From NCBI GenBank assembly GCA_038146885.1, contig JAYQSM010000015.1, positions 288,660 through 352,659 of the forward strand: DNA of 64,000 nucleotides, in the 5' to 3' direction. Positions within the stretch are counted from its first letter, which is position 1. Every line of letters starts with the position of its first letter. Source of the stretch: Rhodospirillaceae bacterium. GTDB taxonomy: Bacteria > Pseudomonadota > Alphaproteobacteria > MPNO01 > UBA2964. A program made the position numbers and the translations under genes. Below are positions 1 through 11,379 of this stretch, piece after piece. The notes under the pieces are model-generated. The model worked only from the letters and a program-made list of their open reading frames with translations, ran no database searches and was not told the origin of the DNA.

Positions 1-95
1 TGGCCAGAAAACACGTCGTATTTAAGGAAGCGAAAATTAAGTAGGGCCTTTATCCACCGAAGGTTTAATTCAGACCTACGACTCAGAACCTATTG

Positions 96-728
96 TCAAA
101 AAATAATCTTAGGATCCATATCCTGCGCCTTTGAAGTCTTCCAGTCTTTAAAACTTTTAAGGTCGTCAATGTCGTAAAGTTCTCTTAGTAGCGTCACAGA
201 CTTTCCTTGACTGTTTCTCAAAGTATCTGACAAGGCGGAGGGCCCTGACCATCTAACATTGTCATATAGGCCTCTCGCTAAGAAACCAGCTCTGACACCA
301 GTTAGCCAATATCCACCATCCTTGCTCGGACCAAATACCAGATCCCTGCCTCGCATTGCTGCAAAGCCAGAAGCAATATCTGAGTTTTGGATGTCGGGGA
401 TATCGCTGCCTATGAGAATTACTTTGCGATCAGGATATCGGGATATGGCTCTCTCCATCCGTGTCCCTATATCTCCCCGTCCCTGCAACGACAGCGAGAC
501 AGCGCTCGGCCAGATCCGGCGGACCCCTCTGAAGTGATCAGGCGTAAGACAGAGGTCCACATCCCAACGACCATCAGATGCCAAACGCCTTACCAGTTGG
601 TTGGTATTGCGGACATAAAATTGATAGGCCCCCAACATTCCAATCCCGATGGATAAGCGCGTTTTCACAGCCCCCAATCTTGGCACACGCGCAAACACAA
701 TCACTACAGGTCTGGGATTGGCATTCAT
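96..728 (-). CDS. DUF2064 / TIGR04282-family protein (MobA-like nucleotidyltransferase fold; usually paired with a GT2 glycosyltransferase)
   Basis: 210-aa ORF. The N-terminus PVVIVFARVPRLGAVKTRL is the conserved signature of this family. It overlaps the upstream GT2 gene by 4 nt. Confidence 0.5.
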   Translation of the reverse strand: MNANPRPVVIVFARVPRLGAVKTRLSIGIGMLGAYQFYVRNTNQLVRRLASDGRWDVDLCLTPDHFRGVRRIWPSAVSLSLQGRGDIGTRMERAISRYPDRKVILIGSDIPDIQNSDIASGFAAMRGRDLVFGPSKDGGYWLTGVRAGFLARGLYDNVRWSGPSALSDTLRNSQGKSVTLLRELYDIDDLKSFKDWKTSKAQDMDPKIIF

Positions 729-1402
729 TTTCCATAAAATCGTTTGATGCCTTTGGGTGAAATTCCCAAAAGGTAAGCACTAAGACACAGAAAGTTTAAA
801 GTGCACCTAACAATGAATCCGTCGCGCACATACTTTTGCGCAGACGTTACCGCCCCTGCGTCAAAAATATGGAGTCTCTTTTTTCCGATCCTCCTAATAA
901 TATCTGTGTCCTCAAACAATACCAAATCTCCTCGAAACCCTCCGATGGACTCATAGAGTTGGCGGCTTATCAGCAACCCCTGATCTCCCCAAGCCCACCC
1001 TAAATACCTGCATCGCAAAGCAACAAATTTTTCAAGAGCCCTGGCTTTATAACCCGAATAATCCAGCTCAAACCGAAAAGCACCCGCCTCCCCCTTATTT
1101 TTGCAAAACACAGCAACTTCCTCCGCCCAACCTTCTCTTAGACGCGTATCAGCATGCAGGAATAAAAGATATCTACTCTTCGCTTTGCTTGCACCATGCT
1201 TGAGTTGAGAGCCCCGTCCCGCCAGCGTATCCGTTATTATCGCGCCCCCTTCGGCAGCCTTCCTAATGGTGTCATCGCTAGAGCCTCCATCAACAACGAT
1301 GACCTCGGAAACATAGTCTTTGACCGAAGAGATGGCATGTCCAATCGTCTCGGATGCATTGAGTGCGGGTATGATTACACTTATTGGCAGAGTATTTCTC
1401 AT
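725..1402 (-). CDS. glycosyltransferase family 2 (TIGR04283-like partner of DUF2064)
   Basis: 225-aa ORF with a GT-A signature, ISVIIPALNASETI...VVDGGSSDDT. It is co-oriented with the DUF2064 gene and overlaps it. Confidence 0.6.
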   Translation of the reverse strand: MRNTLPISVIIPALNASETIGHAISSVKDYVSEVIVVDGGSSDDTIRKAAEGGAIITDTLAGRGSQLKHGASKAKSRYLLFLHADTRLREGWAEEVAVFCKNKGEAGAFRFELDYSGYKARALEKFVALRCRYLGWAWGDQGLLISRQLYESIGGFRGDLVLFEDTDIIRRIGKKRLHIFDAGAVTSAQKYVRDGFIVRCTLNFLCLSAYLLGISPKGIKRFYGK

Positions 1403-1715
1403 TATTTTCCCGCTAATACGGCTCTGGAAAACTGCGCGAATTGAGTAAAGCAGTTCCTAACGACTTAAACATCCAAAATTATTTTGAATACAAAATTCTT
1501 CTTTTTTTTGTCGAGAGGTTCAAATGTCCATGTTTTGGGGAAATTCGGTTTTGCCCCACTGTCGTTCTAAGCGAAGAGGTTTTACCTCCGGTGAACCTTA
1601 ACTTTGATCCCAGATATCTCAGCCTCGATAGCCGGAAAAAACTATGAACCGTCAGGAGCAAATTGTTTGTATCCGGAACTTTTTGCGACAAGAAGTCTAG
1701 GTTACTTTCTAACGG

Positions 1716-3022
1716 ATGGAACACGCAGCAGACTTATCGGGCATGGCCACCATAATCATTACTGCACTGATGTGCGGAATGTTGATGGTAAAATTGGGTC
1801 ACCCTCCACTAGTCGGATATCTACTTGCAGGCATAATTTTGGGCCCGACGGGGCTCGGACTGGTTAAAAATGAGGGCATAATTACCCATTTCGCAGAATT
1901 GGGTGTGTTACTTCTGCTCTTCATAATAGGCATGGAACTGAGTGTAAGAACGTTAAAATTTACGTGGAGGATTGCGCTACCAGCAGTCGCTATGCAGACC
2001 TTTGCCTGTCTGATCATTATATTTTTTATAGCGTGGGCCATAGATATCCCAGCCCGCACCGCTGTCCTTCTTGGGTTTGTAGTAGCGTTATCCAGCACTG
2101 CCGTCGCCGTAAAAATGCTCGAGGAAATCAAGGCACTTAGAAATCGGGTAGGTCGAGTTACTGTCGCAATACTTATTGCCCAAGATCTCGCCTTTCTCCC
2201 CATGATCCTAATTGTTGAAAATATGGGAAAATCAAGTTTTGGCTTCGGAGAGGCTGGAAAATTTATCATAGCAATTTTGCTCTTGGCCCTTTTGATTAAA
2301 TTTCTCATGCGACAAGGCCGCGCTCACCTCCCATTTTACAAATGGTTCTCAAATCATTCAGACCTATCCCCTTGGCTGGCCTTCTTTACTGCTTTGGGGG
2401 TAGTGCTTTACTCGGGCTCATGGGACTCTCCCCTGCCTACGGAGCCTTTTTGGCTGGTCTTGCAGTCGGCAACAGTGCCGAGAGAAGAGAGATGCTGTCC
2501 GCTGTGCGTCCCATCCAGAGCGTCATGCTTATGGTTTTTTTTCTATCCATCGGCCTCTTGATTGATCTTGGCTTTATTTGGCGTAACCTCGGAACGGTCT
2601 TTCTATTTTTCCTGATTGTTACATTTTTCAAAACCGGAATTAATGTACTTATCATTAGAGTCTTGGGAGAAAATTGGCAGCGCGCGTTTCTCTCCGGCGT
2701 CATGATTTCTCAAATTGGCGAATTTTCATTCTTATTGGCCGCGGCTGGTTTGACTGTCGGTGCTATTTCCGTAGAAGAGTCGCGTCTGGTTATCACGGTT
2801 ACGGCACTAAGTTTGGGATTAAGTCCCTTTTGGCTCAGCACCGCTCGCCGGCTTCAAATTATCGCCTCTCGCGGAGTAGTTGATTGGAATAAAATATTAA
2901 GTTCAACGTTTGTGCTTCAGCGCGCCCTTTTCCGATGGCTAACCAGACGCACTAGACCCTCGATTAAATTTCTCATAACCCAACTCAAGATCCTGCTTGG
3001 ATCCTTACGAAATAGGAAATAA
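1716..3022 (+). CDS. cation:proton antiporter (CPA2/Kef-type membrane domain), interrupted by a frame change near 2335-2360
   Basis: Two overlapping ORFs in different frames (1716-2561 and 2342-3022). Both translate into contiguous parts of a Kef-like transmembrane domain. The second contains GLSPAYGAFLAGLAVG and a C-terminal stretch typical of CPA2. Read together they give a protein of about 435 aa. Confidence 0.6.
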
Positions 3023-3029
3023 TATAAAA

Positions 3030-3635
3030 ATGCCTGATTTTTCATTTGAAGTTCTTGAAGACGGGCCAGTCGCCGGCGTGGATGAGGCGGGTAGAGGTGC
3101 GCTCTCCGGACCCGTAGTTGCCGCCGCCGTAATCTTTCGACACCCATTAAAACCGTGTTTGTTAAGCAGGATAGACGACTCAAAAAGGCTAAAGCCTTCG
3201 GAACGGAACTCCTTAAATTCGGAAATCCGAAAATGCGGAGTGATCGGAATTGGTGCTGCATCTGTAACCGAAATTGAAAAGGTCAATATTCTCAATGCGT
3301 CAATGCTGGCTATGCGCCGAGCAGTTCTGGCTTTACCTGAATTGCCGATACTTGCCCTTATCGATGGCAACAAGTCTCCAGATGTGCCCTGTCGGACGCG
3401 CACTCTAATACGGGGAGACACCCTTTCTGTATCAATCGCGGCGGCGTCCATCATAGCGAAAGTCGCCAGAGATCGGATCATGGGGTTATTATCTTTCCGC
3501 TATCCTTGTTACGGCTGGAAACAAAATGCAGGCTATGGAACTCGCGAACATCTAGCTGCGCTAAAAACTATGGGTGCAACCGGACACCACCGCAGATTTT
3601 TTGCCCCTGTAAACAAGATATTGAGTCGCAACTAA
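3030..3635 (+). CDS. rnhB: ribonuclease HII
   Basis: The motif VAGVDEAGRGALSGPVVAAAV and the overall length, about 200 aa from the ATG at 3030, fit RNase HII. An upstream TTG at 2997 is an alternative start. Confidence 0.85.
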   Translation: MPDFSFEVLEDGPVAGVDEAGRGALSGPVVAAAVIFRHPLKPCLLSRIDDSKRLKPSERNSLNSEIRKCGVIGIGAASVTEIEKVNILNASMLAMRRAVLALPELPILALIDGNKSPDVPCRTRTLIRGDTLSVSIAAASIIAKVARDRIMGLLSFRYPCYGWKQNAGYGTREHLAALKTMGATGHHRRFFAPVNKILSRN

Positions 3636-3669
3636 ATCAAACTCCAATATTTAGCTCCTAAGCAATTGA

Positions 3670-4848
<1,179 letters not shown>

Positions 4849-4891
4849 TCGCGACCTGGTTAGGAGAACAGGCCTGCCTTTGGGCTTGACT

Positions 4892-6025
4892 TTATTGACT
4901 GGTTTTGGAGTTTCCTTGTTTCAAGTATTCGATCGCATGCTTAGCAACTTTTTTCATTACCGTTGGCAAAGCGTAATTGGCGAAGCAGCTCGGTTTGCAC
5001 CAAATATACCCCTCAATATTCTGTTTCTCCGAAACCAAAACCAACTTGACTAAAAGCTCCAACTGAAAATGGCTGAATACATGCCGTACAACACCCGGGA
5101 TATCCGACGTCGGCCCGGACGCCGGCAATGCGCTAAAGCTTTCGCTCTCTTCTAATCGTTCAGGCCTCCATTCTGTCGACGGAAATTCCATCATACCTCC
5201 AAGGAGTCCGCTCTCTGGTCTACGCCGGAGGAGAACAGATCCATCCGATGCCTGAACCCAATAAACTATGCCAAATCTGACGGGTGTAACTGGTTTTCTC
5301 TCTCGACGAGGCAGCGATCCTGAAGTTCCAGAGGAATATGACTTACAAAAGGACCTCCAGGGACAAAGCTCGCATCTTGGTTTTCGAGGTACACAAACAG
5401 TCGCGCCAAGATCCATTAGTGCCTGTGCGTAATCGCCAGGCCTTTGAATGGACGAAGACGGCGCGAGTACCTCAGCTGCAGCCCTCAACCTAGGCTTCGA
5501 TCCTGGCAAAGGGGCATCTATCTCAAAAATCCGCGACATCACGCGCTCCACATTACCATCAACAACATTGGCGGGTTTGTTAAATGCAATTGTAAGAACA
5601 GCAGCCGCCGTGTAAGACCCGATCCCGGGCAATCCTAACAAAATCTGTTCTCTATCGGGGATCACACCTCCGAACTCATCCCTCACAACTCTCGCACATC
5701 TGTGCAGATTGCGGGCCCTTGCATAATATCCCAACCCCTGCCAACCATGGAGGATATCGTCCAATTCTGCGTCTGCTAAAGCCTTTATCGTGGGCCAGCG
5801 CTCCGTAAATTGGCGAAAATATGGCTCAACCGCTGCAACAGTCGTTTGTTGCAACATGATTTCGCTTAGCCAAACCTTGTAAGGATCGGGATGGTCGCCG
5901 ACCGGGGCCCTCCATGGCAGTTTACGGCCATGAGTTTCGTACCAGTCTAACAACTTCTGCCTAAGCTTTCCGGCCAAGGCACTGGAAAAGCTCACATTGT
6001 CCTTATTCGTGCTCCGAGATACCAT
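4892..6025 (-). CDS. mutY: A/G-specific adenine DNA glycosylase
   Basis: 377 aa. Carries an HhH-GPD region (LPGIGSYTAAAV) and an FeS cluster loop (CVPRKPRCELCP), plus a C-terminal NUDIX-like domain. Confidence 0.85.
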   Translation of the reverse strand: MVSRSTNKDNVSFSSALAGKLRQKLLDWYETHGRKLPWRAPVGDHPDPYKVWLSEIMLQQTTVAAVEPYFRQFTERWPTIKALADAELDDILHGWQGLGYYARARNLHRCARVVRDEFGGVIPDREQILLGLPGIGSYTAAAVLTIAFNKPANVVDGNVERVMSRIFEIDAPLPGSKPRLRAAAEVLAPSSSIQRPGDYAQALMDLGATVCVPRKPRCELCPWRSFCKSYSSGTSGSLPRRERKPVTPVRFGIVYWVQASDGSVLLRRRPESGLLGGMMEFPSTEWRPERLEESESFSALPASGPTSDIPGVVRHVFSHFQLELLVKLVLVSEKQNIEGYIWCKPSCFANYALPTVMKKVAKHAIEYLKQGNSKTSQ

Positions 6026-6067
6026 TCTACATTCTAAGATGCTTTATTAGCTTTTGGGAGACATTCT

Positions 6068-6571
6068 TTGAAAAACGCCAGACCTCGGGGAGCGACCCAT
6101 AGTCTCCGCGCAATCGGATCATTGTTGGGACAACCCCTAGCACCGGCGCTTCGAAACCGAGGGTTAGGAGGAGCGGATATCATTGGGAAGTGGCGGGAAA
6201 TAGTCACTCCCCAGATAGCGCAAGAAACAAAGCCAGAAAAACTAACTTTTCCCTCGGGAAAGCGCTCTGGGGGAACACTGAGAATTTGCGCTCCGGCATC
6301 CTTTGCCGTCCAACTGCAACATATGGAACCGATACTGCTGGACCGTATAAATTCCTTTTTTGGTTATAACGCGATCGCTCGAATTTCAATCGTGCATGAA
6401 AGAGGGCAACAAAGCCCTCCTAGAACCCCTGGAAAAAGCCCTAAATCACTCGATCGCCAAACACAGGCAGAAATAGAATCAATTACCCAGTGTATAAAAG
6501 ATCCAGAACTCCGTGAAGCAATTCAATCGTTAGGCAAATCTGTTAAATCACAAAGATTTAGCTCTAAATAA
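6068..6571 (+). CDS. DUF721 domain protein (DciA-like)
   Basis: 167-aa ORF lying between mutY and the dsbA-smc pair in the conserved alphaproteobacterial synteny. The sequence is typical of DUF721. Confidence 0.5.
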   Translation: MKNARPRGATHSLRAIGSLLGQPLAPALRNRGLGGADIIGKWREIVTPQIAQETKPEKLTFPSGKRSGGTLRICAPASFAVQLQHMEPILLDRINSFFGYNAIARISIVHERGQQSPPRTPGKSPKSLDRQTQAEIESITQCIKDPELREAIQSLGKSVKSQRFSSK

Positions 6572-6657
6572 TAAATTGAATTAGCGAAGCTTGGTGTTTT
6601 CAGGGAACTGGACCAATAGCCCCTGAATACGCTATATATAGATAAAGAAGGATAACC

Positions 6658-7380
6658 ATGCGGAACATATTGGCTTTTGCGGTCGGCGGTATTGTGGTTT
6701 TAGGCGCTGCGGTCGCCCTTTATAATGGAATCTCAACACCAACCTCTGTACCTAAAGAAAAATCACAAATAGCGGCTGTAAATTCCGTTCAGCAGCAGCC
6801 GAACAACGAAAGCTTACCTAACCCGGATTTCAAATTCGGAGAGATATCCGTTACGTCCACCGATTTGGTAGTAGGCAAACAAGATGCCCCCGTTACAATT
6901 ATAGAATATTCATCTCTTACATGCCCACATTGCGCAAACCTTCATAAAAACGTGCTTCCGATTATCAAAAAGGAATTTCTCGAGAAAGGGCGCGTGCGCT
7001 TTATTTACCGAGATTTTCCGCTCGATCAGTGGGCCTTGAGGGCAGCAATGATTGCTCGGTGTGCAGGCCCAAGCAGAAGATATTCCTTTATCGAGACTTT
7101 TTTCAAAAACCAGGAAAATTGGACTTCGGGTGATCCTATGGCCGGATTGAAGGCGCTAGCAAAGCTCGGGGGGCTCACCAACAAGCAGGTCAATGCGTGT
7201 CTTGCCGATACAAAAATATCAGAGCAGGTAATCGCAGAACGCCTATCAGGTAGTGAAAAATATTCTATAAAATCAACACCCACAATCTTCATCAATGGGG
7301 ACCAATATTCGGGTGGGCTATCGGTGAACAATATGCGCGCGGTCATAAATGGAAAACTCCGATCAAATCAAGGAAAATAG
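6658..7380 (+). CDS. DsbA-family thiol:disulfide oxidoreductase
   Basis: Signal-anchor N-terminus and a thioredoxin CPHC active site (SSLTCPHCANL). The gene sits 4 nt upstream of smc. Confidence 0.8.
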   Translation: MRNILAFAVGGIVVLGAAVALYNGISTPTSVPKEKSQIAAVNSVQQQPNNESLPNPDFKFGEISVTSTDLVVGKQDAPVTIIEYSSLTCPHCANLHKNVLPIIKKEFLEKGRVRFIYRDFPLDQWALRAAMIARCAGPSRRYSFIETFFKNQENWTSGDPMAGLKALAKLGGLTNKQVNACLADTKISEQVIAERLSGSEKYSIKSTPTIFINGDQYSGGLSVNNMRAVINGKLRSNQGK

Positions 7381-7383
7381 TCA

Positions 7384-10300
7384 GTGCATTTCACCAAGCT
7401 AAGACTCTCGGGATTCAAATCATTCGTTGAGCCAACCGAATTATTGATCGAGCCTGGTTTGACCGGCGTCGTTGGACCAAACGGTTGCGGAAAATCTAAC
7501 CTTGTTGAGGCATTGCGCTGGGTTATGGGGGAAACCTCCGCCAAACAAATGCGAGGCGGAGAGATGGACGACGTCATCTTTGGGGGCACGGACAGGCGTC
7601 CTGCTCGAAACCTGGCAGAAGTCACTCTGAGTTTAGACAACACAGATCGGTCTGCACCTAACAATTTCAACAGTTCAGATGAAATTGAGATAGTGCGAAG
7701 AATTGAGCGGGGCGAGGGATCCCAGTACCAGGTAAATGGATCTGAAACGCGGGCGCGTGATATTCAGACATTGTTCGCGGATTTGGCCACGGGGGCGAGA
7801 TCAACAGCCCTAGTCAGCCAAGGTCGGATTGGCGCACTAATAAGTGCGAAACCGAAAGACCGCCGTCATATCCTTGAGGAGGCAGCTGGGATCACAGGCC
7901 TTCATTCACGACGCCATGAGGCGGAGCTCCGCCTAAAGGGTGCGGAGACCAACTTAGAACGCCTCGACGACTTACTCGCTACGCTTGAAGAACAACATAA
8001 GGCGTTAAAACGACAAGCACGGCAAGCCAATCGATACCAAAATCTTAGCGAACACATCAGGCGCGCAGAGGCCATAGTAATTCATCATCAATGGACGACG
8101 GCCAGGACCGACCAAGCTTCAGCCAAAGAAGAATTGGCCGCATCTGAGGACGCCGTCCAGCGGCTAACGCGCGAGGTTGCTCTAGCCTCAAGAAAAGAAA
8201 CAGAAATAGCTTCAACGCTTCCGACTTTGAGAGATGCCGAGGTCGCAAAGGCCGCAAGTCTCCAGCGTCTTTTCATTGAAAGGGATGCCCTCGATTTTGA
8301 AGAAGAACAAATAGAAAAAGAAAAACAAGAAATACAGCTACGATTGCAACAAACCGGTTCGGACATTGAACGTGAAATTATTCTTGAAAGTGACGCACAA
8401 AGTGCGCTTTCAAAGCTAGAAACAGAACGAACCGTCCTGGAGGGGCAAATAAGTGGAGAAAAGGATAACCTTGCGCATTCCCTAAGGGCATGGTCGGACG
8501 CCCAAGAAATCGTCGCCTCATTAGAAAATGACTTTAATCTCCTATCAGGAAAAATCACAAAGGACGAAACTCTTCAGGAGGAGCTTCGCCTTCAAATCGC
8601 CGATATGGAAGCGCGTCGCTCTCGGATTCAACAAAGATTAAACGACCTCAGAATTGAACTTTCAGATGTAACAGACACCATAAAAAGTCGAGAGGAACCA
8701 CTTAGGAACACTGATGAGGGGTCTAGAATAAAAGCGGCTCTAGAAAAAGCGCGAGAGGAATTTGACGAGGCAAGTGTCGATCGCCAAAAGACTGTAGAGC
8801 AAGAAAATAGCGTGCGAAAACATTTGGAAAATGCGAATTCACAACTAGATAAATTGCACACTGAAGAGCAGGCCATTAAAAAATTTCTCTCTATCGGTGA
8901 ACCCGATCTCTGGCCACCTTTGATCGATGCCATCTCTGTCACTGCTGGCTATGAGAAAGCACTCGCTGCGGCATTGGGAGACGACCTGAATGCTCCGACA
9001 AACGAAGCAGCACCGATACACTGGAAAACTTTCACCGCTTTTGAAGTTGCGCCCCCACTGCCCGAAGGGATAACGCCCCTATCCGATTTTGTTTCGGGTC
9101 CTCAGGCACTGGAACGGCGGCTCTCGCAGGTGGGACTGGTTAAAAACGAACTGCAAGGTAATGCCCTAGCAAGGGATCTGACTCCGGGACAAAGACTGGT
9201 CAGCTGTGACGGTAGCCTCTGGCGATGGGATGGCTTTACCGCAATTGGTGGCGATCAAGCAGCGGCAGCAAGCCGTCTGACCCAAAAAAACCGCCTTGAA
9301 GAACTAGGTCAAGAAATCAGAGTGGCAAATACCCACCGTAGAGAAATCCAATTAAAGTTTGACGCTGCAGTGTCTAATAGAAAGCAAGCCGAGGAAAAAG
9401 AAGTCAAAGAACGTACAGCCCTTCGTTCTTGTGAGATCTCGTTCCAGGAGTTTCGTGATCAAGAAGTCGCTCTAAGTAAAAGCCTAACTGATGCCAGGTC
9501 TCGCATGCAATCAGTGGCTCAGTTATCAGAGGCACTCGGAATTGATGATGAAGAGTTATCTTCTGAAATCAAAAAAATCAGCTCAAAGTTGAGCTCGATA
9601 GAACTCACAGATGAGATACAAAATCAATTGCAGTCTCTGAAAGAACAATTGTCAAATGCCAGGGTTAATGCCGTCAATATAGGATCAGCTCACAAACAGA
9701 ATCTGAATGATAGTCAAACTAGGGCTCAAAGACTGAAAGACCTAGAGGACGACTTTCTATCCTGGGCAAGACGTGCCCAGAATGCCTCTGACCAGATTAA
9801 CAATCTTGAAAAACGAAAGCAGCTGGACTCAGAAAAAATTGGTGAAATTACCTCAAAGCCCGCGGAGATCGCCGATCGTCGGGAGAGGCTTTTTAAGCAG
9901 ATTAAGATCGCAGAGAGCTCCAGAATAGAGGCAGGCGATCGATTGGCGGAGGCGGAAGCGCGGCTTGTGATCGAGTCGAACCTTCGAAAGGAAAAAGAAG
10001 CGGCCCTGTCTTCTAGCCGGGAACAACGGGTTCGTTGTCAATCAGCTTTAGAACAGATTGATCAGTCTCTCACCGTCATCATCGAGCGATCCGAAGAGAA
10101 GATTAATGCAAAACCCGAACTGGCACTTACAGTAGTTAACCTTGATCCTGCGAGCGGACTTCCTGATCAAGCTCAAGTAGAAGCCCGAGTTGAACGCTTG
10201 AAGCGAGAGCGGGAAAACATGGGCGCTGTTAATTTACTGGCAGACCAAGAAGCTCAAGAGCTCGATGAACGCATCAAAACAATTTTATCAGAACGCGAAG

Positions 10301-10844
10301 ATTTGCTGGCTGCTATCAGCCGGTTAAGGACCGGAATCGGCAACCTAAATAGAGAAGGACGACAGAGACTTTTAGAAGCATTTACCGAAGTTGATGCTTA
10401 CTTCCAACAACTTTTTACGCGGTTATTCGGAGGAGGAAAAGCGCATCTTGCTCTCACGGAAGATGATGACCCGCTGGAAGCGGGCCTAGAAGTTCTGGCA
10501 AGCCCTCCAGGGAAAAAACTTCAGTCAATGTCCCTGCTCTCAGGAGGTGAACAGGCCCTTACTGCGCTTTCACTTCTCTTCGCGGTATTTTTGACCAATC
10601 CAGCACCCATCTGCGTTCTAGATGAGGTCGACGCCCCGTTGGACGATGCCAATGTAGAAAGATTTTGTCTACTGATCCAAGAAATTGCGAAAAAACGGGC
10701 ACAAGGTTTCTGATAGTTACACATCACAGATTAACCATGGCACGAGTTGACAGACTGTTTGGGGTAACCATGGGTGAACGTGGCGTTTCACAACTAGTCT
10801 CAGTGGATCTCAAATCCGCTGAAAATCTCCGCGTAACCGCTTGA
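7384..10844 (+). CDS. smc: chromosome segregation protein SMC, with a 1-nt frame disruption at the A-run 10690-10695
   Basis: GTG start. The N-terminus has a Walker A motif (GPNGCGKSN). Long coiled coils and a hinge follow. The C-terminal signature [16 protein letters not shown] is present. The final ~50 aa ([33 protein letters not shown]...) are encoded in the +1 frame after 10695 and run to the TGA at 10842-10844. Confidence 0.85.
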
Positions 10845-10909
10845 CTCGGACTAGAATGAAATACTAAAAATATTTGATTATCAATATGTTAGCAAGCGTC
10901 CTTTGTGCC

Positions 10910-10938
10910 TTGACAGGTGAAGGGGCAAACCCTATGGT
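10910..10938 (+). promoter_or_regulatory. candidate sigma70-type promoter for the atpI-B-E-F'-F operon (TTGACA-N17-TATGGT)
   Basis: TTGACA at 10910-10915, a 17-nt spacer, then TATGGT at 10933-10938. The atpI start codon lies about 60 nt downstream. Confidence 0.3.
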
Positions 10939-10997
10939 GCCGGCGGTTTGTAGAGGAGATGCCGGATCATCAGCGTCGTTGAAGAGGGCTTTGCGGG

Positions 10998-11336
10998 ATG
11001 ACTGACCCCCAGGAGAAAGACTCTCTCAAGTCACTTGGTGATCGTTTGAATAAGGCGAGGCTTTCGAGGGGCGAAGAACGTAACAAAATCGGACCTCAAA
11101 CCAGTGTCCGACGCGGGCTTAGCTTCGCAATGCGGCTGGGGGTCGAACTTGTATCGGCCCTTGCTATAGGAGTTGGGATTGGATACATACTGGATCAGTG
11201 GTTAGACACAACGCCCCTGTTTTTGCTTATTTTCTTTGTGTTAGGCGGCGCTGCGGGGGTGTTTAACGTCTATAGAATGGTGTCAGGTTTCACTCAGACG
11301 ATCGGATACCAGGACGTTACCAGGGATAAAGATTAG
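10998..11336 (+). CDS. atpI: ATP synthase protein I (AtpI)
   Basis: A small, 112-aa, two-helix membrane protein immediately upstream of atpB. This is the typical alphaproteobacterial F0 operon head. Confidence 0.7.
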   Translation: MTDPQEKDSLKSLGDRLNKARLSRGEERNKIGPQTSVRRGLSFAMRLGVELVSALAIGVGIGYILDQWLDTTPLFLLIFFVLGGAAGVFNVYRMVSGFTQTIGYQDVTRDKD

Positions 11337-11379
11337 AAAATTCGGATTTTTAGAGATTTAGTAAGAGAGGACAAGGATT

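Noticed and set aside
8057-8942. Antisense ORFs of 66-156 aa inside smc (8057-8257, 8088-8558, 8628-8942) and similar antisense or alternate-frame ORFs inside gshA, ctaD, ispH, ubiD and others
   Set aside because: They lie entirely within well-supported conserved genes and their translations are low-complexity (Ser/Arg/Ala-rich). They are typical spurious ORFs on the opposite strand of coding sequence.
10840-10900. TTGACT...TAGAAT upstream of atpI as a promoter
   Set aside because: The two hexamers are only 5 nt apart. The downstream TTGACA-N17-TATGGT (10910-10938) has proper spacing and was preferred.
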